Shown here piece after piece: positions 12,277-22,655 of a stretch of DNA of 64,000 nt. The stretch lies in assembly GCA_964106645.2 (NCBI GenBank), contig OZ067052.1; one strand, 5' to 3'. The position numbers were made by a program, and so were the translations under genes. Source of the stretch: Podarcis pityusensis (lineage: Eukaryota). Each line of letters starts with the position of its first letter. Position 1 is the stretch's first letter. Below the pieces are notes generated by a model. It saw only the letters and a program-made list of their open reading frames with translations, was not told the DNA's origin and searched no databases.

Positions 12277-12735
12277 CATAGAATTGTAGAGGTGGAAGGG
12301 ACTCCTGAGGTTCATCTAGTCCAGCTCCTTGCAATGCACAAATCGTGGCTAAAGCATCCGTGACAGGGCCCCCCGCCCAACCTCTGCTTAAAAACTTCCA
12401 AGGAAGGAAAGGCCACCACCACCTGAGGGACTCCATTCCTCTGTCGTCCGGCTCTTACCGTCAGAAAGTTATTCCTGATGTTGAGTGGGAATCTCCTTTC
12501 TTGTAACTTGAAGCCATGGGTTCGAGACCTACCCTCCAGAGCAGGAGGAAACAAGTTTGTTCCCTCTTCTATGTGACAGCCCTTGAGGTGTTTGAAGACG
12601 GCTATGCTTTCTCCTCTGAATCTCCTCTTCTCCAGGCTAAACATCCCCAGCTCCCTAAAATGTTCCTCACAAGACTTGGTTCCCTGCCCCTTTTTATCAT
12701 CTTGCTTGCACTCCTCTGCTCTCAGGTTGTTGTTA
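12277..12735 (-). mobile_element. CR1 LINE 3' end (short-3'UTR family)
   Basis: The minus frame encodes [16 protein letters not shown]...FKLQERRFPLNIRNNFLTVRA...SLEVFKQRL. Confidence 0.9.
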
Positions 12736-12775
12736 CGATAATTACTGTCTATTTGCAATTGTACGGGGAGATAAG

Positions 12776-12777
<2 letters not shown>

Positions 12778-12814
<37 letters not shown>
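12778..12814. repeat. (AAT)n microsatellite
   Basis: About 12 units, directly abutting a MITE. Confidence 0.9.
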
Positions 12815-12815
<1 letters not shown>

Positions 12816-13067
12816 AGTGGTACCTCTGGTTGGAACGGGATCCATTCCGGAGGCCTGTTCGCAACATGAAAAGAGCGCAACCTGAAGTGTCGTATCTGCG
12901 CAGGTGCGCAGCGCGATCTGGCGCTTATGCACGAAGCACAATTTAGCACTTCTGCACATGCGTGGGTGGCGAAACCTGGAAGTAACCCTTTCCAGTATTT
13001 CCAGGTCGCCACGGGACGTAAGCTAAAGGAACATAACATGAAGCAAACATAACATGAGGTATGACTG
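12815..13067. mobile_element. Tc1/mariner (Tigger/pogo-like) MITE
   Basis: TA target-site duplication (TSD), imperfect terminal inverted repeats (TIRs) CAGTGGTACCTC / GAGGTATGACTG. Ends 100 nt upstream of exon D. Confidence 0.85.
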
Positions 13068-13167
13068 TAATAGAAATAACAATGCAATGCAAATAGCGTT
13101 GTTAATAATGCAATGCAAATAATGAGCAACGCAAACAATGTCTCCCCTCCTTCCTTGGTTTCTTCAG

Positions 13168-13313
13168 GATGGAGACCTTCCCTGCCGTAGCTGCTGAGGT
13201 CCTGAGCGAGTTCCGGGCGCTGCTGGGGCACAGCCCCTCGCCCATCGGAAGCACCCGCCTGCTGCAACTCATGGCCATCAACATGTTTGCTGTCTACAAC
13301 TCCCAGCCCAAAG
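13168..13313 (+). CDS. SMG6: SMG6 coding exon D (METFPAVAAEV...INMFAVYNSQPK)
   Basis: Acceptor tcttcag|, donor AAG|gtactg, 146 nt, phase 2/1, frame-compatible with exons C and E. Confidence 0.96.
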
Positions 13314-14853
13314 GTACTGGAGGGGGACAGGTGGGGGAAGGAGTCAGGAAGGAGCCCCAGGCCTCGGTCCTCAGGCGCTGGGTTTGTGGGCAGGACACAA
13401 CTCTGGTGCCCAGGAGGCCCTTTGGAAGTCACAGGTTGAGAAAACTGCTGAATTCCAAAACCCCAGCGGGCAGAGTTGAGATCTTGAGAGCAACTCTTGC
13501 TGGTTAGCATCCAGCTCAGGGTTCCCATGGGACCATTTGCTTCCTGTGTGGAGAGGCGCTTATAAGAGCCTAAGGAGAGCCCTTTGCCAGCTGGATCAGG
13601 CCAGCTTGTTTATCAGCCTGTTTTCGCAATGGCCAGCCAATGTGAAGAAGCCTGCAAGCAGGACCTGATCACTACAACAGCTCTCTAGTTGTTGTTGCTC
13701 GTCACCCGGTATTCAGAGGTAGACTGTCCCTGGGCATGGAGGTTCTGCTATCGCAATTGGCCCTGCTCCCCCCCCCCCCGCCAAAGGGGGCCCTCCTTGT
13801 TTCAGCATCCTATTCTTTCAGTGGCCAACCAGGTGCCCCCTAGGGGAAGAAGCTAGCAGCAGAACCCGAGGGCTACAGCAGGGCACTCCCCACCTGCCAT
13901 TCCCAATGTAGTACCTCTAGGCAGGCTGCCTTTGTCCTTCCTGGTGGGCAGAAGCAGCCAGTGGGTTTGGTCCAAGGAAGGGCCCCCTTTTCTCCCCCTG
14001 CCCCTTCAGTGTTTGTCTCTGACACATCGAAAGAGTCTTTCTCAGCCCTGCCTGGAGGTGCTGGCGATCGAGCCTGGTCCTCCCCTAAATTCTCCCCCTG
14101 TAGCCCTCCTGCTGTGGACGTCATCCTCACGGGAGAGCAGTGCCAGCAGATCCTGGGGCCAGCAGGTCAGATCTGTGGCTCTCCTGCTGTGTCGTCCTCT
14201 GTGGCACCCAGAAAGTATTGCTTGTGCAACCTTTTTCTTTCCTTTGAGCCTTGGTTTTCCTTCCTTGCTCCTCCATTAGCATCTTGCTGACTGACAGTCC
14301 CATCCTGTCCCCCACCCCACTCCGCCTCGGAAGTGCTGTAGGGAAAGGTGATGCCTAGCCAGTCCCCTTTTGGTAGTTCCTTGGCAGTCCAGAACAGTGC
14401 CACCCCCCACTACCACCACCACCACCTCAGAAGCTGCGATCTCTGTCCCTTGCATGCCGTCTCTCTCCAGAAGGAGGTGCTGGTGGGCTCCCTTTGCCCC
14501 CAGGAGGACCAGGAGGAGGCCAGCGCAACACCTTGCCCCAGTTGTCCTCTTTGGGCACTTTGGTAGCCAGCTGCACACCCGCCTGGCAGGGAAGTGGGGG
14601 GTGCCTTTATCCTGACCGCAGACGCATGGAGAATGTGGTTGGTGGGGGGTTTTTTAAGGGGGGTCTGTAATTTGGGCACAGGGAGAGAGGGGTGGCTGGA
14701 ACGGAGTTTGCAAGCGAGCTAATTGAAGCCGTGCCTTGTGGCAGGGCATCTCCGGCGGGGGGAGTCCTGCGAGCCCCCTCCCCCACCCATCTGTGCCCAA
14801 TTTACTCCAATCTGGTCTCGGTGGGGCTTTTCTCCCACCCCCAAAGCCCACCC

Positions 14854-14856
<3 letters not shown>

Positions 14857-14892
<36 letters not shown>
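14857..14892. repeat. (CT)n microsatellite
   Basis: About 17 units. Confidence 0.9.
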
Positions 14893-14896
<4 letters not shown>

Positions 14897-15857
14897 CCCC
14901 TTTTTAATAATTTGTTTTATAATTCCTGGAATCAAACCCATCTCAAACACACTGTTCTGTTTTACTATATTATTGGATTATACTTCCTATAAATCACTGG
15001 AGGGATGTTCATAGGGCCACCGCCGGGATCACTTCCCTTCGCCGCAAACCCCCCACCCCCACCCCCACCCCCCCGGCACGTCTTACACACATATCCAGGC
15101 AGTTTGTCTTCTGGCCTTTTTGTGCCCTTCCCAGCTGAGCAGGGCAAGAGTTGGCCCCCCCCACCAACCAGCCAACTTCAGGCTGTGTCTCCATCTGGCT
15201 GCTCTTAAGCGACTCCCAGGGTGGAGTTCAGCATAGCGCTGGTTCAGTTGCTCTGTCCACACGAGCTTTTTGGCCTGTTGGGCAGAATAACCCCCCCTCC
15301 CCCCCATACACTCCTCTGAAGCTTCTCCCCTGAGCCAATTTTGGGAGGTCAGGGTTGGGAAGCCCTGTTGCACAAATGACAGGCCTTGCACTGGCCTTCT
15401 GGCGATGGGGCTTAGCAGGTGACCCTCCCTCCCTCTGTATTATCTGGAGAGGCAGCCTCTGAAGAGCAGCCGCTGGATCAGGCCAAGGTGGGTCTGTCTA
15501 GCCCAGCAGCCTGTTCTCACGGGCCAGCCAGGTGTCCCCGTGGAAAGCCTGTGCTCCACAGCAACACACCCCTCTTGCGGTTTTCAGCAACTGGCGTTTG
15601 GGATCGTTGCTGCCTCCGACTGCGGAGGTAGAGAGAGCATCCATCATGGCTAGGAGCCCTCCATGAGTTGTCTTTCAGAGCCATCCTGGTTGGTGGCCAT
15701 CCTTGCTTCCTGTGGCAGTGAGTTCCGCAGTTCAGCTGCCCCCATGTGGGCATCTCCCTGTAAAATCAGGCATGTAGAACGTTGATTTACATTTTAATCT
15801 CTTCTCAGTTCATTGCTGGTTTTAATCTTGGAACTAAATAGTTGGCTTTAACTATTT

Positions 15858-16187
15858 ATTTATTTATTTTTTGTAAATAATTTTTATTTAAGTTTTAAAC
15901 AACAAAGAAAGAAAAAAAAACATACACAATACATATCTCAAAAAAAGAAAAAAAAGATAACAAGAACACACAAAAAAGAACACAATTCAACAATAAAAAA
16001 TAAAAAACATAACAATTAAAAACAATATCTCTTTTCCATTTCCGTTTTTTTAGTTTGCTTATTTTCTGGACTTCCTCATACCTCCCTCTTTTGTATTCCA
16101 ATCCAAATTGTTTGTCCAGCAATTTCTTTTCAACTTTTTTAATCCCAATCTTTAACTTTAGTATAATATTGTAATGTATATCTTCAA
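15858..16187 (-). mobile_element. 5'-truncated L1 3'UTR insertion
   Basis: 16-bp TSD ttggctttaactattt (15842-15857 / 16188-16203), T-rich tail on the + strand, homologous to 18854-19293. Confidence 0.85.
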
Positions 16188-16904
16188 TTGGCTTTAACTA
16201 TTTTTACTGATAACATTTCTTTTTGCAAATTATTTTGAGATTTTTTTTTTAAAAAAAGTTAAGCTGTGCATTAATTTTATGAAATAAATCAAATCAACAG
16301 CCCGCCCACCAAACTGAGGCCCGACTCCTGGGCCCTTTCAGAATGGCCCTTGTAACCACAGAGTTCCTCCGAGGCCTGTCCGCAACGTCTTTTTACCACT
16401 GCCTCCTTGATGTGCAAACCACGCGACATCTACCAGGACCGGAAAACCCCAAGCCGAGTCCAGTTTTCTCAGCCACCTATAAAAATAACGCCGGCTCATC
16501 TGCTGCAGCCTTGGTTTAGTGGCCTTTTAAAATTAGCCCCTCCGGAGTATTTGAGCGTAACCTCAGGCTCCTGGGAGCAGAAAGAGCTGCATGGGGAAGT
16601 GGCCCCCAACCCCGTTCTCAAACCCCAGTCTCCACGCTGCACCTCTTCACCCACACCCCCGGTGAGCCCTGATGGGGGGGGGGGCAGAAAAGCTGCAGTG
16701 ACAAAGTGGGGCTGGGGTGGGAGCAGGAAGGATGCCGAGTGTTTGCAGGTAGCCGGGGATTGGGGCCGCCTGCTTGCAGCCAGCAGAGGAGGCAGCTGCC
16801 TTATACCTGGTTGGGCTATTTGTCCATCCAGCCCCCTGTTCTCTGCTCCAACTGGCAGCTGGTCTCTAGAGTCTCAAGCTGAGGGGAAGAACCCTTCCAT
16901 CACT

Positions 16905-17295
16905 GGGGAAGCTCCGTGGCAGAGCATCTGCCTTGCATGCAGAAGGTCCCTGTTCAGTCCCCATCAGCATCTCCAGGCAGGGCTGGGAATGGTCCCCTGC
17001 CTGAAACCTTGGAGAGCCATTGCTGCCAGCCAGTGAAGACAGTACTGAGCTAAAGGGAGCCAACGATCTCAGTATACGGCAGCTCCCTAACTTCCTGGAA
17101 GCTTGCTCATCCGTAGCTCAGCGGTAGTGCACCTGCTTTGCATGCAGAAGGTCCCAGGTTCCATCCCTGGCAACATCTCTGCGTAGGGTTGAAGAAAAGA
17201 CTCCTGCCTAAAACCCTGGAGAGCTATTGCTGCCAGTCAGTGAAGATCACCCTGAGCTAGATGGACTCTGCATCAGGTGGCTCCCTATGTGCTCA
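16905..17295 (+). mobile_element. Two head-to-tail Squam2-like tRNA-derived SINEs
   Basis: Each has a tRNA-Ala-like head (gcatgcagaaggtccc..gttc) and body cctggagagc.attgctgccag.cagtg. Other copies at about 30-170, 24795-24935(-), 36315-36480, 39510-39706 and 62218-62572 (split by an L2 tail). Confidence 0.75.
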
Positions 17296-18628
17296 AGATC
17301 CATTTTTAACTGATGATGCTGGTGGCTGAACCTGGGGCCTTCTGCATGCAGAAGTGGGTGCTGAAGAAGTTTCAATCCTTGTGCCCTCCAAATGACCTCT
17401 GACCAGCCCCGGCCAGCAGAGCCTTAGCCCAGGGCAAACAGAGCACCAGGCTGACAAAGGCTGATTCATCAGTTAAGTTCTGGGCGGCCAGAACAGGAAA
17501 GTCTCCATTCAGTATATCTGAATGGGCAGCTCACCAGGGTGGCAAATCCTGCTGCATTTTTACTTATTTTTTGCTTTCTAGGTTGCATTCCTTTTTTCAA
17601 TGTCTGAGATACCTTGAAACAATTTTTTTTAAAGGTAGGATGCATTTAAAAACAAAAAAACCCAAATCAACGAAGGTTTCCTTGCTTGTTTCCGTGATGG
17701 AAGGAAAGCTCTATTTGCGGAGGTTCCTCTCTCGCACCCGCTGTTCCCACAGAGGCTTGTGCCACCGTCTTTTAAGGTGCCCACAAGGCCGTCAGTTGTT
17801 CAGATTGGGGCGGGCTGGACCAACCACCCCTCTGGAAGACCCGTCCCTGTTGCAGCGCTTGGGCAGTTAAGCTATGGAATTGACTCCCACGAAAGCTCGT
17901 GATGGGCACCAGTTTAGATGGCTTTAAAAAGATAATGGGGGGGGGAGTGGTTCAGTCCTCTGCCTCTCCAGGTAGAGCTGAGAAATACAGGGGAGTCAGT
18001 GCAAACGCTTGCAAGCTAAATGAGCTGGTGGCCTGTCTCAGTAGGAAGGCCGTTTCCTACATTTGTCTGGGAGTAAACCTGCATCATGTGACTGTGAGAA
18101 GGGGATGTCCCCTGAGTCCGCTTGCCAGCTGGTTGTGGGCAGCAGCCCCGTTGGGGTCCGCAAAGCAGCCGGGTTGACTCCCTTAAATCCTGCCTTGTCT
18201 GTCGGGGCCTGTTTCCCAGAATCCTCCTGGGCCACCCTTTGCCATCATCTCACATCTTGCTGAGCAGAGCAAGAGTGGGGGGCAAGTCCCACTGTGGTGC
18301 TCCACTCCTGCTTGTGGGCTTCCGCATGGGGCAGGAAGCTGGACTAGGCGCTGGGTCCCCTCTGGCCTGATCCAGCTGCAATATTGTGAGGGGCTGGCAG
18401 AGCAGCTTCCTTTCACGTGGAAGCTCCAGAGTTTGATTCCTACCATTTCCGGCCAAAAAGGGACTCGGCAGCTGGCGGTAGGGAAAGGGGTCTTTTCTGC
18501 CTGAGAACCCTGGTGGGCTGCTGCCAGTCAGAGCCTGCAATGCTGGGCTACGCAGAGAAGAGTCTGAACTGTGGTGGCCCCTTTGAAAAGCCATGGCAGA
18601 TTGCCTTGCAAGCCCTGTCTGGTTAGAG

Positions 18629-18766
18629 CAGCCTTTCTCCACCTGTGGGTCCCCAGATGTTGTTGAACTACAACTCCCATCACCCCTAGCTAGCAAGGCC
18701 AGAGCTCAGGGATGATGGGAGTTGTAGTCCAACAACATCTAGGGACCCACAGGTTGAGAACTGCTG
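18629..18766. mobile_element. hAT (Charlie-like) palindromic MITE
   Basis: Fold-back arms of about 58 bp and a perfect 8-bp TSD ggttagag (18621-18628 / 18767-18774). Confidence 0.92.
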
Positions 18767-18853
18767 GGTTAGAGTGTCAAAGGGGGGCCTGGGAGAAGGC
18801 TGCTCTTCCTCTGTCTGATCTACCTCATAGGGTTGTTGTGAGGGAGTTTCTCT

Positions 18854-19293
18854 TTTCTTTTTTTTTAAAATAATATTTATTAAAGTTTCAAAAGAAGAAA
18901 AATCACATTAATAAAAAATTAACAATAAAAAGGAAAAATACAAAGTAGAAAAAAGAAAAAAGAGTTAAAAACAATTCCATCTTTTCCTCACTTCTTTTAC
19001 GTTTACTTGTTTCCCGGACCTCCTCATACCTCCCTCTTTTGTATTCCAATTCAATTTGTTAATCCAACAATTCCTTTCCCTCCTTTTTAATCCTAATCTT
19101 TAATCTTGATATATTATAGCTTTAAATTTTTACATATTAAAAACCAATTTTTCCATATTCTTTTGTATCTGTTCAGCTAGAAACCTCTTAACTTCATTCC
19201 AACATCATTCTAACATTCATTAATTTTGCAATATTTCTGTAAATAGTCTTTAAATTTCTTCCAATCTTCTTCCACCGACTCTTCTCCCTGGTC
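18854..19293 (-). mobile_element. 5'-truncated L1 (ORF2 end, 3'UTR, polyA)
   Basis: 19-bp TSD gttgtgagggagtttctct (18835-18853 / 19294-19312). The minus frame reads DQGEESVEEDWKKFKDYLQKYCKINEC*, followed by AATAAA and a polyA tail. Confidence 0.88.
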
Positions 19294-19330
19294 GTTGTGA
19301 GGGAGTTTCTCTCACCACCATCCCATGCTG

Positions 19331-19333
<3 letters not shown>

Positions 19334-19370
<37 letters not shown>

Positions 19371-19405
19371 TGTGTGTGTGTGTGTGTCTGTGTGTCTGTG
19401 TGTGT
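19334..19405. repeat. Interrupted (GT)n microsatellite
   Basis: Directly visible in the sequence. Confidence 0.95.
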
Positions 19406-20173
19406 GATATTGCCTGATCCCTCACTCAGCAAGCTTCAGAACTGGGCCAGAATTAGAACCCAGGACCACTACCCCCAAGAGCCCTGCAGCATCTGGGTCA
19501 GGCCCAAGGGGCCCATCTGGCCCAGCACCCTAGCCTCACAGTGCTCCTTAGAACCTGGGGGCCTAGATAGACTGCCTCTGGGCCTGGAGGTTCTGGAAGA
19601 AAAGAGCCGCCGCCCTAGTGCAGCATCCTTTCTTTGCAGCATCCAGCCTGCCTCCCCTGAACTTTTCCTCTCTCCATTTTCCTGCCTGAGCAATGAAGGC
19701 CTGAGCGGAGCATCCTCTGGGCAGCGCGAGGGGAGCTCTCCGGTGGGGACGTGGGATGGGGAGGGAGCTGCGTCCCAGGCCGCCAAGCCTGCCTGCCCGC
19801 CTGCCTCTTAAAAGCCTGCAGCAGCCAGCCAGCGGAAGCCCTGCACTCCGGCCCATCTGCGCCTGCCGAGGGAGACGCAGCGCAGCTGCTGTTGCTCTGA
19901 GTCGCTGGCGCAGCGCAAGAGAGAGGGAGGGAGCCAGATCTGCTGTCTGTTGGGGTTTACTGCTGTCTACATTGAAACATGGCTGGGGCTGGGGCTCAGA
20001 ATGGGGTGGGGGGAGCCGGTGGCACCATGCCAGCCCCAGTTAGCCTGGCCTCCCCCCAACCTTCCCCCCCCACCCCCCAACTGATGCTTTAAAGTCACAT
20101 TTCCAGGCCAGACATAGAATTAATCTCTGGGCACTTCAGATTGCTGGCAGCCCAAAGCAGGATGTGGGATTTT

Positions 20174-20204
<31 letters not shown>

Positions 20205-20411
20205 GTGTCTTGGCTGACTTTTTTACCTCTCGAAGAATTTGGAAGGGCCGTGAGAGTCCCTCCTCCCCCCTCCCTTTTCGCCTTGGTGCCGCGAAGCTTT
20301 TCTGCTCGCTGATCGCCCTGCTGTGGCTTCGCCCCTAATAGATTTCATATGTCGATGCCGTTGACATCAGTATCAAACTATTCTACATGTGATCTGGTGT
20401 GTTTCCTGCAG

Positions 20412-20469
20412 GAAATCTGCAAGATATTTATTAAGAACTAATAAAATAAACCTCTCCCCGAGCTTTTAG
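20412..20469 (+). other. SMG6: Candidate SMG6 alternative terminal or poison exon (adds GNLQDIY*)
   Basis: Acceptor gtgtttcctgcag|G. In the exon D frame, TAA falls at 20432-20434. AATAAA at 20440 and 20445, possible donor TAG|gtagtt at 20470. Confidence 0.45.
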
Positions 20470-22579
20470 GTAGTTTTCAATTGTCCGCGTCTCCCTCGTT
20501 TCCTTTTATCAACTGGGGGGGGGGCGTGCTTTGTTTTTGTTTTGTTTTTTGCTCTTCCCTCTGACCATCACAAAAAAGACACCCACCCAAAGGCACTGAA
20601 GAAGCCAGAATATTTTGGGGAAGAAAGAGACAGCTCTGCAAAGACCTGCGTCTTCAGGGCTTGAATTAACAGGGGCTGCAATGGCTGTGCCTGTTCTTTT
20701 TATAGCACACCCTCCTTTTGTGTGTGTGCTCGCGCCTGTGTGTGGCTTCAGCAGCCTTCACACCAGCGCTTAGAGGGCTGCCTTTGCACTACTGTTAAAT
20801 TTCCTGCCCCTCTCGCAGCTGGAGACGGTTAGCTTGCAAATTGAAGTAATCCTGGTCAAGAAGAAGGCCGCCTTGGGTGCCCTGGGCCCTGTGTTCAGGA
20901 TGCGTGTGAAGGAGGGCAGTGAGCGTGGGCTGGCCCCCTTCTTTCCCTTTCCAAGATAGCCATCTGGGGCTGGAGCAGAGGGGCGTGGGGGGCAGGCACA
21001 TCTCCTGCCTCCAGCCCCCTAAACAGTTGCAAGAAGCTGAGGGCCGTTGTCTGCAGTGCCCAGACTCCTTCCCTCCCTCTGGATGGTCAGGCAGGATCTT
21101 CCGCTGCACCACCCTAGGCTGCCATAGAATTGTAGCCTTGGAAGGGAGATCCCAGGGGTCATCTAGTCCAACCCCCTGCAATGCAGAAACCGCAACTGAA
21201 TATTCCCTGGCAGATGGCCACGCTCGCTCTGCTTAAAAGCCTCCAAGGAATTTGTATTTGTATTAGTATTAGCTGCCCATCCAACTGGGTTGCCCCCACC
21301 CCTCTGAGCTGCTCCCAACAAAATATTAAAAACACAATAAAACATCAGACATTGAAAGCTTCCCTATACAGGGCTGCCAAGGGAGTCCATTCCACTGCCA
21401 GCTTAGTAATGGAGCTTTAGGTCTTTTGCCCCTTTTGGGGGGAAGATTTCTCAGAAGCTCATGCAGCGCCTTTCCAGAAAAGGCACATTTTCTTCCCCTT
21501 TTCTTTTTGAAACCCATTACATGTGTGTGTGGCCCCCTGGGATGCTTTCCTGTGTCTCTTGTGTGGCTCAGGGGGGCGTGGAGAAACACTGGCGCTCAGG
21601 AAGGGTCACACAGGATACTCTCCCTACCCCCAATATACACTGGGCTATGGGCTAGAGCGGCAAGAGGCAGCCACTGGCCCACGGCAAACATCCCCAAGCA
21701 CCCTGGACTGACATCTGGTGCAGGGCAGACATCCCTCCTATTAATTAGGGGGGCTAGCAAAAAAAAAAAAATGGGGAAGAAAATCTTTTTATTGTACAAA
21801 CTGATGGCGGGCTGCTTGGCTCTCCCGCAGCAGCAGGATCCGAGATTTGAAACAATAAAAAATGTGTGTGTCCCCCACCTCTTTAGTTAACTTTTTTTTA
21901 AAAATGCATGCTTACCAGCCCCCCTGGAGGGCCTGTTTGGGGAGGGTGGGCCCACCGGCCGCTGTGCCTGGCCCGTACCCATCCTTGAGAGGTGGCTGAC
22001 ACTGGCACCAGAAGAAAGGCAGCCCCGCTTTTCCAAGAACTCTGCTCTTTCTCAGCTTGATAAGCATTTGAACGCAACGCCGCTCGATTGGAATTGGCAG
22101 GGTGTCCTCATTCTTTTGTCTGCCTGTTTATTTTTCCCCTCATCCCTCCACATGTGCTCGGCAGCCCACGGATGAGGCACCCCCAAGACCCGGAGGCTGG
22201 GAAAACGTGGTGCGGAGGCCGTGCCAGGAGCCCCTCTTTCCGCAGCCGGGCAGCGGCTCCCAAGGCTGCGAGTGAGGAGGACGGGGCAGAAGAAGCCAGC
22301 TCAGCCTAGGTTTAATCTTGGGAAGGGTCAAGGCTCTGCCAAGGGGAGATGTTTTCAAGTGCAGGCTGCCATCGGCCCCCCAGCCTCTGGGCCTCATCCA
22401 GCAGCCGGACTCTTCTTTCACACTGGTGGGGAATTGGTCTGTCAATATCTGTTAGCTGTAACAGACCCAGGAAAGGTACCTGGCCCTGACCCAAGTGCCC
22501 AGGACTGTTGCACCGGCCTTTGCCAACCAGGTGCCCTCCAGGTGTGCTTGCAGTACAACTCCTAGCCATCAACGTGAAT

Positions 22580-22595
22580 TGAGAGAGAGAGAGAG

Positions 22596-22632
<37 letters not shown>

Positions 22633-22655
22633 GACAGACACACAGACACACACAC
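22580..22655. repeat. Compound (GA)n(CA)n microsatellite
   Basis: Directly visible in the sequence. Confidence 0.9.
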
